A stretch of DNA of 62,416 nucleotides from Octopus sinensis (Eukaryota), in the NCBI RefSeq assembly GCF_006345805.1, contig NW_021832006.1:1-62416 (forward strand), written 5' to 3'. The stretch's first letter is position 1. Each line of letters begins with the position of its first letter. The notes under the pieces are model-generated. The model was not told the DNA's origin, made no database searches, and saw nothing but the letters and a program-made list of their open reading frames with translations. The translations under genes were made by a program, and so were the position numbers. Positions 1 to 13,802 of this stretch are shown piece after piece.

Positions 1-224
1 AAAAGAGTAAAGAATAAATAACAAGAAAAATTTATAATTAAAGAAAAATTGTAATTATACACATTATACAATGAAAAGGAAATTAAATATACATAATATA
101 CAAAAATTTAAAGTAAAAAGAGTTGGGTAAGGAGGATGATAGTGATGTGGCCCTTCAGATACAGGATAACCTACCTCTAAGGATAATCAAAGAACCCCAC
201 TCTCCGAGATTTCCCTGAACACCA

Positions 225-415
225 AGAACAAGTGTTCTCTGCAATTCCTTCTCTCCAACTCACAGGTCTACATTGCTTGGAACTGCAAGAATTCTTTGCA
301 GGGTTCTTGAAGCATAACTAGTTATCCAGTATCCCCTTAGTCTCCTGGCTGTGGACAGCAGACACTCTCAGTCATACCCAGCAAAATAAACTAAGGGTTT
401 TCATCAAATAATTAT
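225..415 (+). mobile_element. R4/Dong-clade LINE 3' remnant
   Basis: Encodes RSTLLGTARILCRVLEA*, the same C-terminal motif as the other RLE fragments. Ends in TAA-rich sequence. Confidence 0.5.
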
Positions 416-424
416 AATAAATCT

Positions 425-845
425 TTCTTATTTCTTTCATTGCCCACAAGGGGCTAGACACAGAGGTGACAAACAAGGACAGACAAAGGGATTAAGTTGA
501 TTACATTGACCCCAGTGTGTAACTGGTACTTATTTAATCGACCCCAAAACGATGAAAGACAAAGTCGACCTTGGCAGAATTTGAACTCAGAATGTAAATG
601 CAGACGAAATACCTATTTCTTTACTGCCCACAAGGGGGTAAACACAGAGGTGACAAACAAGGACAGACAAAGGGATCAAGTCGATTACATTGACCCCAGT
701 GTGTAACTGGTACTTATTTAATCAACCCCAAAAGGAGGAAAGGCAAAGTCGACCTTGGCGGAATTTGAACTCAGAACATAGTGGCAGACGAAATTCCGGT
801 AAGCATTTTACCCAGCGTGCTAACGTTTCTGCCAGCTTGCCACCT
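425..845 (-). mobile_element. Two tandem tRNA-headed SINEs, family M (Meta-like central domain); the first is 5'-truncated
   Basis: Reverse complement of the 31869-32093 copy. Central motif gtcgactttgcctttcatcc...gataaataagtaccag. Confidence 0.8.
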
Positions 846-849
846 TATA

Positions 850-1063
850 ATAAATCTTTCTGCGAAAGGCACAAGGTCTGAAATTTGGGAGAGTGGACTA
901 GGCAATTATATCAAACCCCAGTGTAATTTATTATCTCCAAAAGGATGAAAGGCAAATTCATCTTTGGTGGGATTTTTAAAATTTGAGCTCAGAACGTAAA
1001 GACAGATGAAATGCAGCTCAGCATTTTGCCTGATGTGATAACAATTCTGCCGGCGAGCTGCCT
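850..1063 (-). mobile_element. SINE family M, alternative tail
   Basis: Same head and central domain. Tail cccaaatttcagaccttgtgcct...agaaag. Confidence 0.7.
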
Positions 1064-1082
1064 TCTTAATAATAAAATTAAC

Positions 1083-1124
<42 letters not shown>

Positions 1125-1126
<2 letters not shown>

Positions 1127-1514
1127 AATACAAATCAGCAAAATGTGGAACCTGAAGACTAAAACAATACCTGTTGTCATAGGTGCCCTGGGAATGATAG
1201 CAAAAGGGGCTGATCGCTACCTAACTCAGATACCAGGAAACCCCAAAATGGCAGAAATTCAAAAGATAGTGCTCATGGGAACTGATCATATCCTACGCAA
1301 AATACTTTGTAATCTTTGTAATACTTTGTTTTAAAACAAACATAATTTTCGTTTTTTTTTTTTGACATTCACTAGTACAACACTAAAAACAAAACCAAAT
1401 ATATGGCACACTAGGCATAACAACAACATGAACTTCCAACTTGTTGTCTCTTGAGGTCTCTGGGTGAGACTTGGAGCCAACTTGTACAAATATAAAGTGA
1501 AAGTCAAACATAGA
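1125..1514 (+). mobile_element. 5'-truncated R4/Dong-clade LINE (restriction-like endonuclease C-terminus plus 3'UTR) in (TAA)n
   Basis: EIQISKMWNLKTKTIPVVIGALGMI...IQKIVLMGTDHILRKIL, with (TAA)n on both sides. Confidence 0.8.
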
Positions 1515-1562
1515 ATAATAATATAATAATAATAATATAATAATAATAATAATAATAATATA

Positions 1563-1780
1563 ATAATCCTTTCTACTGGAAGCACAAGACCTCAAATTTG
1601 GGGGAAGGGACCAAGTCAATTACATCGACCCCCAATGTGTACCGGTACTTATTTAATTGACCCTGAAAGGATGAAAAGCAAGGTCAATCCTGGCAGAATT
1701 TGAACTCAGAACATAGCTGCCGATGAAATACTGCTAAGCATTCCACCTGGTGTGCTAATGATTCTGCCAGCTCACCACCC
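1563..1780 (-). mobile_element. SINE family M
   Basis: Matches 850-1063 and 52699-52915. Confidence 0.75.
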
Positions 1781-1831
<51 letters not shown>

Positions 1832-1854
1832 TAATAATGATAATAATAATTATA

Positions 1855-1886
<32 letters not shown>

Positions 1887-1910
1887 TAATAATAATAATA
1901 AAAATAAAAT

Positions 1911-2342
1911 ATAAATGTATCTGTCAAGACCTACCAAAAACTGAGCAAATATAAAGATCTTTGAATAGAAATCAGCAAAATGTGCAACCTGAAGACTAAA
2001 CAATACCTGTTGTCATAGTGCCCTGGGAATGATAGTGAAAGGGGCTGATTGCTACCTAGCTCAGATACCAGGAACCCTAAAATGGCAGAAATTCAAAAGA
2101 TAGTGCTCATGGAACTGCTCATATCCTACGCAAAATACTTTCTATGTAATCTCAAGTTTTAAAACAAACATAATTTTCGTAAGGTTTTTTTAGACATTCA
2201 CTAGTACAACACTGAGTACAAAACCAAATATATGGCACCCTAAGCATAACACCAACACTAACTTCCAACTTGTTGTCTCTTGAGGTCTCTGGGTGAGACT
2301 TGGAGCCAGCTTGTGCAACTGTAAAGCAAAAATCAAACAGAA
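1911..2342 (+). mobile_element. 5'-truncated R4/Dong-clade LINE, same subfamily as 1125-1514
   Basis: Near-identical 3'UTR and frameshifted KLSKYKDL/WNLKT motifs, flanked by (TAA)n. Confidence 0.8.
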
Positions 2343-2364
2343 TGATAATAATAATAATAATAAT

Positions 2365-2620
2365 AATTGCAGCGTGGAAGGTGTTTGTAAGCCATTTAAG
2401 AAACACACAAAAGCCGTTCGATTTACTTCAACATTTAAGTTTAATTTGTCAAAATATTTTTGTCGCTGAAATCTGCAACCTGTTCACTGACAAAAATCTG
2501 TACTGCATCCGGCTTTTGTGTGTTTCTTAAATGGCTTACAAACACCTTCCACGCTGCAATTGTTTGCATTCCAGCACACGATCTCAGATCAAATCACTTG
2601 CTATGCAAGTACATATCCGT
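2365..2620. mobile_element. Fold-back HHR element (Penelope pLTR/retrozyme-like)
   Basis: Perfect 52-bp inverted repeat 2365-2416/2510-2561 enclosing an HHR motif. Related copy at 38970-39188. Confidence 0.6.
2445..2494 (-). ncRNA. Type I hammerhead motif, G3-C8 core variant, G12A in this copy
   Basis: Minus strand: TTTGTCA GTGAACA G GTTGC agatttca GCGAC AAAA ATAT TT TGACAAA. 7-bp stem I, 5-bp stem II, palindromic stem III. Confidence 0.55.
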
Positions 2621-3504
2621 AATAATAATAATAATAGTAATAAATTCTGGTTTTATTGGCTACAAGGGACAATAAAAGGGCTAACATAAATCAAAAAACA
2701 TGTAAGGATAAACACAGGACGAAAAGTACAAAGGGTTTTGTGAAAAAGAAAGGTCCATGTGAACATTAAAATAACAACGAAAAATATAACAAATAAAACT
2801 CCCAATAGGGGGAGGCGTTACTTATGGAAAAACCCATAAAAGCCATGGGAGCCTGGTCAGAAAAACATAGAGAGCCCCTTCTCCTTTTATATTACCCTTA
2901 TAATAGTAATTTCAAATAGCAATAACCAATCTTGGATAACCCTTCTTGGCTATATAAATAAAAAATGGGCAAAAAGTTGGTACAAAAGAAAAAAATATAT
3001 ATTTGATAAAAACTTTAGACAAGGTTTGTTTTTTATAATGTTGATATTTTAATTAATGTAAAATATAAATAAAATAATTAAGAATCCACGAAATACCACG
3101 TGTTACAGAATCTGAAACACGTGTGCATGCACACACACACAACATACACACACATTTATCTTATTGTCTGTTACTTGTTTTAGTCATAGGACTGTGGCCA
3201 TACTGGGGCACCACCTTGAAGGGGTTTTGCTGAACAAATCAACACCACGATTCTTTTTTTTTTCCTCAGCCTGCTACTTTTATCAGTCTCGTTTGCCCGA
3301 ATCCAGTTAATTACAAGGATGTAAACAACACACATATATGCACACACACATATGCACACACACATATGCACACACACATATGCACACACACATATGCACA
3401 TATATATACATACATGTTCCCAAGTAAGGTAATATTTTCCCATGGTTGGACAAGTTTTCACAGAATACAGAAGCCAGAAGATACTTCTTGTATGACAGGG
3501 ATAT

Positions 3505-4180
3505 GATCATCACCACCATCATGACTACCATCACCACTATCACCACCATCACCACCACTACCACCTTACCACTACCACTACTGCTACCACTATCTCTACC
3601 ACCATCACTATAACTACTACTACTACTACCACCTTCACCACCTCAATCACCATGACCACCACCACTGCCGCCACCACCACCATCACCACCACCACCACCA
3701 TCACCACCACCACCACCACCACTACCTCCTTACCATCACCACTACTGCTACCACTATCTCTACCACCATCACTATAACTACTACTACCACAACCTTCACA
3801 ACCACTACCACCATGACCACCACCACTGCCGCCACCACCACTATCACCAATATTGCTACCAGTATCTCTACCACCATCACCATAACTACTACTACTACCA
3901 GCTTCACCACCACAACCACCATGACCACCACCACTGCCGCCACCACCACCGTCACCATTACCACCACCACCACCATCATCACCACCACCACCACCACCAC
4001 CACTACCACCTTACCATCACCACTACTGCTACCACTATCTCTACCACCATCACTATAACTACTACTACTACAACCTTCACCACCACAACCACCATGACCA
4101 ACACCACTGCCACCACCACCACCACCATCATCACCACCACCACCGTCATCATCATCATCACCACCAACGCCGCCACCATA
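3505..4180. repeat. (ACC/ACT)n compound repeat with higher-order units
   Basis: Recurring accttaccatcaccactactgctaccactatctctacc unit. Confidence 0.9.
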
Positions 4181-4504
4181 CTGTAATATCCCAGTTGGCT
4201 GCTATTGGTCAAAGAGGAATGTTGAAATCAAACATTTTCAAGGCTTCAACAATTATCAAGGTTACTATGGCAACAGGAGTGATGAAGGGAGTGGAGGGGT
4301 GGAGAGGGCGAGTGGATCTTGTTGAAAAAAAGGAGAAAGAGGGGGAGGAAGTAGAGAGAGAGAGAGAGAGAGAGAAAGGGGGAGGGAGATGAGATTTGTT
4401 ATAAGAGGAAGATGAGCTAAATGGTGTGAAGGGGGAGTAGGAAGAGAAGATGAAGAAGAGTAGGAGAGGAGGTGGAGAAGGAAGAGAGAGAAGAGAAAGA
4501 GGCA

Positions 4505-4970
4505 ACTTGTGTGTGTGTGTATGTGTGTGTGTGTGTGTGTATGTGTGTGTGTGTGTGTGTATGTGTGTGTGTGTGTGTGTATGTGTGTGTGTGTGTGAGG
4601 GAGAGAGAGATAACTTGTGTGTGTGTTTGTCTATGTGTGTGTGTGTATGTGCATGCATGTGTATGTGTGTGCATGTGTGTGCATGTGTGTGAGTGTGTGT
4701 GAGAGTTTGTGTGTGTGTATGTGTGTGCATGTGTGTGAGTGTGTGTGAGTGTGTGTGTGAGAGTTTGTGCGTGTGTATGTGTGTGCATGTGTGTGCATGT
4801 GTGTGAGTGTGTGTGTGAGTTTGTGCGTGTGTATGTGTGTGCATGTGTGTGCATGTGTGTGAGTGTGTGTGAGAGTTTGTGCGTGTGTATGTGTGCATGT
4901 GTGTGTATGTGTGTGAGAGTTTGTGAGAGTTTGTGCGTGTATGTGTGTGCATGTGTGTGTATGTGTGAGA
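4505..4970. repeat. (TG)n-derived minisatellite
   Basis: Direct reading. Confidence 0.9.
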
Positions 4971-5647
4971 GAGAGAAAGAGAGAGTGTATACTGAATGTT
5001 GGAGGGGAGAGATCAGAGAAAGTGGTTAGAAATGAGTGAGGTAGGGAGGGACGTAGGGGGGAGGGAGGAAAATGAGAAGTAAAGGAGGGGGATGTTGAGT
5101 GGGCGTGATGTGAAGATGGGAGTGTGAGTGAGAGAGAGAGGGAGAGAGAGAAAAAGAGAGAAAGGGAGGGTGAGAGAGAAAAAGAGAGAAAGGGAGAGAG
5201 AAAAAAAGAGCGAAAGGGAGAGAGAGAAAAAGAGAGAAAGGGAGAGACTATGATGATCACAAGTGTTTCATTGCAATTCTCCTGTTGATGTGATAGGTGG
5301 AGAGGAAAAGAATAACACCTGAGATAGACGAATTTATTGTTCAAACTGCATGCTTGTTCTATGCACATGCACACACACTTATGTATACGCACATGCACGC
5401 ACATGCATGTCCAGGCGTGGCTGTGTGGTAAGAAGCTTGCTTCCCAACCACATGGTTCCAGGTTCAGTCTCATTACATGGCACCTTTGGCAAGTGACTTC
5501 TACCATAGCCGCGGGCCAACTAAAGTCTTGCGAATGGATTTGGTAGACAGAACCTAAAAGAAGCCCATCATATATATTCATATATGTATGTGTGTGTTGT
5601 GTGTGTGTGTGTGTGTGCGTGTGTGTGCGTGTGTGTGTGTGTGTGTG

Positions 5648-5680
<33 letters not shown>

Positions 5681-6603
5681 CTTACCTGTAAATGAATGTG
5701 TGATGTTCGTCAAATATTAATATAAATAATATATATATATATATATATAATAATAATATTAGGGAGTAAATCCAAACTTACAGGGAAAAATTAGATTTAG
5801 GATTAAATATAATTTTATAGTATAATATATATTATATTTAAATTAGAGATAAAACCACTATTAGGCAATCAAACAGTGAAAATCATAACCCAATACATAG
5901 AAATAAATTAATTAATAAAATATATAAAAAATATAAAATATAAAATTCCAAATTAAATATTTAAATTAAAGTTAAGATTTAAAAAATTACTTAAATTAAT
6001 AATTTAAACTTATAAATTTTAATATATATATATATATATTATTATTATTTTATTTATTTATTTATTTATTTAACTATCGATATTTAATATAACTATCAAA
6101 AAGTATTAAAAGTTTAATATAAGATAAAGGAGCAAACAGCCAACAACTGATGGAGGGTCACTCCTCATGTTACTTGTCCTGTTTTCCATTTGTTTCTCTT
6201 GTTTGTGTATTGAACTTATTTGTTTACATATTTCATGTTGTTTACTGTTGGTGACATCCTGTACTCATATATGCATATATATATATGTATATGTATGTAT
6301 GTATGCATATATATAAATATTATTTATTATAAATATAAATTTTATTTTATTTTAAATAAAACCTCTGATTCAATAACACTGAGTATAAACTCTATACTTG
6401 GAATGACCAATTTTAAATACTATTGGATTTTACTCATAAGGTATTGGAATATTATATGTATACCATTCTACCTAAATAAATAAATGGATCTACAAATACA
6501 ATATCCCTGCATATCTCACATCTATTTTCTTTTATTTCCTCCACATCACTCTCTATTTTATATCTTATCTAAATTAGCTATTACTTAACCATCCTCTCAC
6601 ACC

Positions 6604-6651
6604 GTCTCCAATGATGGGATATAATAAATATCCTGGAAACAGCTGTAAGAC
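6604..6651 (+). ncRNA. Degenerate type I hammerhead
   Basis: GTCT ccaatga tg GGATAT aataa ATATCC tg GAAA CAGCTG TA AGAC. Stems intact, core CCAATGA mutated. Confidence 0.5.
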
Positions 6652-6729
6652 CTTCTATCTATAAATGTTCTAAAATCTACACAGCCTTGGTTTTTTATCC
6701 CATTATGAAAAAAGATTTTTAAATATTTT

Positions 6730-6886
6730 TTTTTCTCTCCTTGTTTTTTTCTGTGTCTCTTTCTGTAAAAGAGCGTAGATTCAAAACGTAAAAGACTTTT
6801 TCTATTCCTGAGAGTTATACTAATACATCTGTTTGTTTTGTACACCACCTGTCTTCGTCTTTTGTTTTTTCATAAACTCTCCCTAT
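6730..6886 (+). mobile_element. HHR element family A (U6 core), decayed copy
   Basis: Matches 16181-16408, 17130-17313 and 32198-32388. Ends at (TA)n. Confidence 0.7.
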
Positions 6887-6987
6887 ATACACACACACAC
6901 ATATATATACATATATTAGTCACAATATATGGGATTCACTAATCCAGTGGTATTAGTCACAATATATGGGATTCAACTAATCCAGTA

Positions 6988-7029
<42 letters not shown>

Positions 7030-7031
7030 CA

Positions 7032-7218
7032 TAAGAAAGAGTGTGAGAGAAAGTTGTGGCGAAAGAGTACAGCAGGGACCGCCACCACCCACTGCCAAAG
7101 CCTCGTGGAGCTTTAGGTGTTTTTGCTCAATAGACACTCACAATGCCCGGTCTGGGAATCGAAACCACGATCCTACGACAGCGAGTCTGCTGCTCTAACC
7201 ACTGGGCCATTGCAACTC
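7032..7218 (-). mobile_element. SINE family C, head and middle
   Basis: Matches 60606-60790. Confidence 0.75.
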
Positions 7219-7763
7219 TGTCAAATGTAATGCTTCTTATAAATAAGCATTTATTTTGAATTAATCATGTATTATCTCATAGCTTTGAGATAATACAGGA
7301 TTAATACATGTATTATCATAGCTTTGAGATGATACAGGATTAATACATGTATTATCTCATAGCTTTGAGATGATACAGGATTAATACATGTATTATCATA
7401 GATTTGAGATAATACAGGATTAATACATGTATAATCTCATAGCTTTGAGATAATACAGGATTAATATATGTATTATCTCATGGCTTTGAGATTTCAATAA
7501 TATGACTGTATGATTTTAGAATGACATTGTAAGGCATGTGTGTGAGGCCAGATCAGGCCAGTTTGAAAATAAAACAAGTAGAATGTTTGGGTTTGATATA
7601 GTTGGGTTAACTCTTTAGCATTTAGAATTACTCTGTCAAATGTAATGCTAATTTATGCGCATTGATTTGAATTAATTATGCATTATCTCAAAGCTTTGTG
7701 ATTTGAATGATGTGACCCTTTAGTTTTAAAATGATATTGTAGGGTAGGTGTAAGAGGTCAGAC
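7215..7763 (+). mobile_element. Two tandem copies of a MITE-like element; the first carries a ~40-bp minisatellite (7260-7490)
   Basis: actctgtcaaatgtaatgc...agctttg repeated at 7215 and 7630, junction gggttaactcttt. About 6 units of taatacaggattaatacatgtattatctcatagctttgaga. Confidence 0.6.
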
Positions 7764-7957
7764 CCACTCACAAGGCTTTGGTCAGCCCATTGCTATAGTA
7801 GAAGACACTTGCCCAAGGTGGAATGCAGTGGGACTGAACCCAGAACCATGTGGTTGATAAGCAAGCTACTTACCACGCAGCCACTCCTACGCATATAATG
7901 TATGTCTGTATTTATGCTTATATATATTCTTTCTACTGGAAGCACAAGGTCCCTATA

Positions 7958-8016
<59 letters not shown>

Positions 8017-8154
8017 GGAGAGGTTATAAGAGGTAATGGTATCAATAAGACCCAAAAGTGCTATGGACGAACCATAGTTAAGCGCTAAGTTTGGTGATTA
8101 TGTGAATAAGGAGTCCAATGTAGGTGATATATTAGCATGTGTATATATAAAAAG

Positions 8155-8269
8155 ATTTTTTTTCAGATTGAGATAAAAAAAACCAAGGCTGTGAAGGTTT
8201 TAGAACATTATTTATAAATGTTCTAAAATCTTCACAGCCTTGGCTTTTATCTCATTCTGAAAAAAAAAT
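8155..8269. repeat. ~55-bp-arm hairpin of an HHR-element 3' end
   Basis: Arms 8155-8209/8217-8269. The right arm matches 6660-6720, just downstream of the 6604 HHR. Confidence 0.75.
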
Positions 8270-8281
8270 TATATATATATA

Positions 8282-8695
8282 GGTATAGGAGTGGCTGTGT
8301 GGTAAGTAGCTTGCTTACCGACCACATGGTTCCGGGATCAGTCCCACTGCATGGCACCTTGGGCAAGTGTCTTCTACTATAGCCTCGGGGCGACCAAAGT
8401 CTTGTGAGTGGATTTGGTAGAGGGAAACTGAAAGAAGCCCGTCGTATATATGTATATGCATATATATGTATGTATGTGTGTGTATGTGTGTCTGTCTTTG
8501 TCCCCCAACATCACTTGACAACCGTGGCTGGTGTGTTTACATCCCCGTAACTTAGCGGATCGGCAAAAGAGACCGATAGAATAAGTACTAGGCTTACAAA
8601 GAATAAGTCCTGGGGTTGATTTGCTCGACTAAAGGCGGTGCTCCAGCATGGCCACAGTCAAATGACTGAAACAAGTAAAAGAGAGAGTAAAGAGA
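8282..8695 (+). mobile_element. SINE family B (tRNA head, internal TA/TG microsatellite, gactgaaacaagtaaaagag tail)
   Basis: Full copy. Others at 20010-20440, 39243-39705 and 38605-38960, with partials at 5412, 7764, 17360 and 46385. Confidence 0.85.
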
Positions 8696-8760
<65 letters not shown>

Positions 8761-9306
8761 TATAATACAATTGGGACAACTGTATCATCCAAATAGACAA
8801 TACAAAAAATACGGATGGGTCATTCGAAGCCTTCAATCTTCAGTCAAGAACTGGATCATCCTCGCAATTTTGGCTAATTAATCTTGAGATTGCTCCAATC
8901 TGGCCAGCCCCAAGGAAAAACTAAGCTAAGAGCATTAGCTTCCTCGGAAAAAGGATCGAATGTGTACGAAACAAGGACAGAAAAACGACACACAACATAC
9001 ACAAAAAACATTCATACACACACACTCACACATAGGAAGTGACTACTCTACAATGTAAAATAATGCAGAATACGAAGAACTCAATACATTACAGTAGTGT
9101 AGTATAAAGCAAAACTGATTAAATGCAAAACTTCAAATTATGACACTGTGTTCCATGTCTTATCAATTTCTAAACTTTACAGTTGGTATAAACATAAAAC
9201 TAAGACCTATACTCACACATCACACACACACACACTTATATATATATATACACACACATGTATATACATACACATATATATATACACACACATGTATCTA
9301 TCTATC

Positions 9307-9340
<34 letters not shown>

Positions 9341-10106
9341 TATACACATGTATACATATGTGTGCGTGTATATATATATATACATCCTAACAGACAATTA
9401 ACACACATATTTGACCTCCTTTATATATGTAGAGTGCTCTTTTCTTTTTTATTTGTAGCTATTCGTGTGTGTATGTATATATACACACATGGACATATAT
9501 ATAGAGTGATGGATATATATATACATAGATATACATAAATGTATTTATACGTGTGTGTATGCATATATGTATCTGTATATGAATTTATATTTATATATAT
9601 GAGTGTATGTGTGTGTGTGTGTATGTACACATAAATATAGTCAGGCACACATACGGACACATATCCACACAACCACATGGGCACACAATCAAAGATATAT
9701 ACATACACAGATGTTAACATTGTATACCTTGCATATGTAATCTCATGCAGTCATTTGGCTTCTCAATCTATGAAATTTTGATCTAGCAGCTCTGGTGATA
9801 CATTGGGTAGCCTTACAAAACACATCTTATATTGCTTGTAATGTCTCCGTGTTAATCAGGTCTAACAACCGAATACATATTCTCATATGCAATCAAACTA
9901 TGGAATTATTCAGCTTTATAATTTTTTTTAAGATTTTTATTTTTTATTTTATTTCTGTCTGCTTGACTGTCTGGCTGTCGAGCTAGTTGGTTTGCTGACT
10001 GGTTGGTTGGCTGGTTGACTGTCCCCGCCATCTCTCTCTCTCTCATTCTCTTTGTTACTCTGTGTGTACATATATGTGTGTGTGCGTGTGTGTATGTATC
10101 TCTCTC

Positions 10107-10142
<36 letters not shown>

Positions 10143-10339
10143 TCAGATATATATGTATAGATGTGTGTGTGTATGTATGTATGTATGTAGGTATATATAT
10201 ATATATAATATATATCTATATATACACACACACACATATATACACACATATATATATATTGCATACACACACACACGTATATATGTGTGTATATATATGT
10301 GTGTGTGGTGTGTTTGTATATATATATATATATACCTAC

Positions 10340-10384
<45 letters not shown>

Positions 10385-10434
10385 TATATATGCATACACA
10401 CACACATGTATATATGTGTGTGTGTGTGTGTAAT

Positions 10435-10475
<41 letters not shown>

Positions 10476-11504
10476 CCTACATACATACATATATATATAT
10501 ATAATATATATATACACACACACATATATATATGCATACACACACACATATATATTTGTGTGTATATATATATATAGTGGTTGTGTACTGTCAACTCAAT
10601 GTGACAGTCCGTAAGGGAATTACACCACCGCCATTTAGCCCTAGGCTTTCAAGCCTAATCATGTTTATCTACATCACTCTCTATATATATTTTGTGTGTG
10701 TGTGCATGCATCATTGTATTTGTGTTTGTCTTCCCTGTCACCAATTCATGGCAACTGATATTAGTTTGTTTGTGTCCCCACAACCTAGTAGTTTGGCAAA
10801 AGAGACCACTAGAAAAATGTACTAGACTTCAAAAAAAAAAATAGTCACTAGTGTTGATTACTGAAACTATTCAAGGTGGTGGCCTAGCATGGCTGCTGTC
10901 CAATGACTGAAAGAAAAGAAAAGAAAAGAAAAATGGGTAAACAGTAAACTGATTCAGAGCTGCAGATATAAATATCAAATGTGTGAAATCTAGTTGGAAA
11001 AAAAAGAGGAAAAAAAGTTGTTGCAAATATAAGAAAATATCGGAAGGAAGAAAATAGTGGAAACAGTGTGATACAAATGGGAAAATCGAAGAAATATTTG
11101 CTGCCAGCTGGTAAAACTTCCTCCCCATGCGTAGTTAAAGAGATAAGATCTCCAACAGAAATATCCATAATTGCTGAAAAAAATTACTGTCAATAAAATA
11201 AAAGAGGTTATAGCTGTAGAGTTATTATTGAGTTTTAGAACAGAATATTTTGGGTTGAATAGACCCTATTCAATAGAATGCTTGCCATGAAGGTGACAGA
11301 TGATGAAGGGGGTGTTTTATGGACAAATAATAATAAAAAAAGGAATGGTTGTCAGTGAATGGGATGGGGGTGGGTGGGCTTGATTTTTTTAAAATGCTGA
11401 ATTGGTTATATTTGTGTTATCATTTTGTTGTTTTTGCCATTTATTATCATTTGAAGTCTGTGTTTGATGTTGGGTTGCATTTGGGGATTTATGAGGGATT
11501 GATA

Positions 11505-11908
11505 GGTCCCTTTAGGTCTCACCTAGGAAATGACTAGAGACCGAAACCTATGGAAGTATGCTGTGCGTGAGAAGACCCGGCAGGACAAGTGAGACCATAA
11601 CCCATGGCATCTACCTGGGATGTAGCCAGTCCACTTATGGGTCCACTTATGCATACCTTTCCTTCTTGGGACACAAAACTCTACTTGTGAAGACCTGTTG
11701 AGGCAAGTGAGAATAAGAATCAAAATCGAAATCGATCAACATCAATGGAAATCGTAGCTGTGATACCAGTGCCGGTGGCATGTAAGTGAATCATCCGAAC
11801 GTGGCCATTGCCAGCTGGGCCTGGCCCCCGTGCCGGCGGCACGTAAAAAGCACCCACTACACTCACGGAGCATGGAAAGCAGACATTAAACGATGATGAT
11901 GATGATGA
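11505..11908 (+). mobile_element. RTE LINE 3' end with (GAT)n tail
   Basis: MTRDRNLWKYAVREKT-type ORF end. 3'UTR matches 59130-60243. Confidence 0.75.
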
Positions 11909-11918
11909 CACATATATA

Positions 11919-12104
11919 TCATCATCATCATCATCATTGTTTAACGTCCGTTTTCCATGCTAGCATGGGTTGGACGGTTCGACCGGGGTCTGGGAAGCCA
12001 GGAGGCTGCACCAGGTGCCAGTCTGATCTAGCAGTGTTTCTACAGCTGGATGCCCTTCCTAATGCCAACCACTCCGTGAGTGTAGTCCACTCCATGAGTG
12101 TAGT
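11919..12104 (-). mobile_element. RTE LINE extreme 3' end, tail-to-tail with the previous copy
   Basis: (CAT)n followed by ttccatgctagcatgggttggacg...ggatgcccttcctaatgccaacc. Confidence 0.75.
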
Positions 12105-12117
12105 AAATCAAGTTCCC

Positions 12118-12183
<66 letters not shown>

Positions 12184-12184
<1 letters not shown>

Positions 12185-12520
12185 AAGGCGCATGGCTCAG
12201 TGGTTAGAGCGTCGAGCTACGATCGTGAGGTTGTGAGCTCGAATCCCGGACCGGGCTGCGTGTTGTGTTCTCGAGCAAGGCACTTTATTTCACGTTGCTC
12301 CAGTTCACTCAGCTGTAGAAATGAGTTGCGACATCACTGGTGCCAAGCTGTATCGACCTTTGTCTTTCCCTTGGATAACACTGGTGGCGTGGAGAGGGGA
12401 GGCTGGTATGCATGGGTGACTACTGGTCTTCCATAAAAACAACCTTGCCCAGACTTGTGTCTAGGAGGGTAACTTTCTAGGTGCAATCCCATGGTCATTC
12501 ATGACCGAAGGGGGTCTTTA
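12184..12520 (+). mobile_element. tRNA-derived CORE-like SINE
   Basis: A box tggctcagtgg, B box gctcgaatcc, then gagcaaggcactttatttcacgttgctccag...aaatgagt. Copies at 20453-20750 and 53399-53720. Confidence 0.85.
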
Positions 12521-13770
12521 TCTTTATATATATATATATATACATATATATACTGACTTTCATAAATATATACATTCAATCTTCCTTACATATGTATGGT
12601 TATGCATATAGCATGCATATATCTGTGTGTGTGTGTGCACATATATGTGAGTGTGTGCATATATATATATATATATATGTGTGTGTGTATGTGTGTGTGT
12701 GTGTTTGTGTGTATACATATGTAATACATAGATGTATTCAGGCATACATTTATGCTTACATACATACATACATGTACACATACACATGTATCTATATACG
12801 TACACATGCATCTCTACACACATACAAGCACTGTATGCACACATATGCAACATAACAATCCACACATAAATTCATGCATACATCCATGCACACACACACA
12901 CACACACACTGTCCAATAGTTGTTGTAGGCTTGAGACCAGCAAGCAGTACCCAATGTATTCTATTATTATTTTTTGGGGGACAATCTGCAAAAAAAAAAA
13001 GAAAGAAAAATGTTAAATAAACAAAGAAAAATAATAAAGAAAGAACACTAAAAGTCTATACTGGAAATATGTACAATATTGAGACACAGCTGGATTTAAT
13101 AACAAGATTTTCTGTGAATATAGGGGATGGAATTTGGCCAAAAGAAACATTCATATTTGCTAGTTGAATGCCGTACAAGAATCTGTTTTCCTAAACAAAA
13201 GCCCTTTAAAAATCAATGGTTTTGCTAAAACCCTTGTTCCTTGAGATGATTTCTGTTGTTAAGCAACAACGATGATGATGACACACATCCATCCATCCAT
13301 CAATCTATGCCTACCTACCTGCCTATCTACCAGGATGCCGTGGTAGATCATTAGCTCCTACACACACAGGTGCCAGGCGAGGCTAGCAACGGCCATGATC
13401 GGATTGGAGTATTTTACGTGCTACCGGCACAGAAGCCAGTCAAGGCGGCGCTGGCATCGGCCACGATTCGGATGGTGCTTTTTACGTGCCACCGGCTAGA
13501 AGGTTTGGAGATGATGTACAGGTATTTTATATTAGAAGAAATGAGGTACTCAGAAATTCGGATGGTTTTATATTTACAGATATTTATTTGTATATTACAT
13601 GTTTTTATACATCGTATAACTTATATATATATATATATGCATGACAATTAATTCATCTTGACAGATGATACCGTCTCACTCTTTGAGCCTGATTCTTTAG
13701 ATTTACTTCTATGCTTGCATGGGTGCAAATGTTACTTTACATCTCATCACACATCTGTCATGATAAGACT

Positions 13771-13771
<1 letters not shown>

Positions 13772-13802
<31 letters not shown>

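Noticed and set aside
4195-4330. Unique island as a possible upstream exon
   Set aside because: Poor pyrimidine tract, no good donor and no IA-2-like peptide.
8800-8990. Minus-strand CTGAAGA...GAAT motif as a ribozyme
   Set aside because: No GAAA, stem III or closing stem I could be built. Left as an unclassified repeat.
10990-11200. Minus-strand QQLWIFLLEILSL, resembling the start of an ETS domain
   Set aside because: An immediate stop follows and no downstream ETS residues are present.
12184-12260. tRNA genes at SINE heads
   Set aside because: A/B boxes run into SINE bodies in many diverged copies, with no intact cloverleaf.
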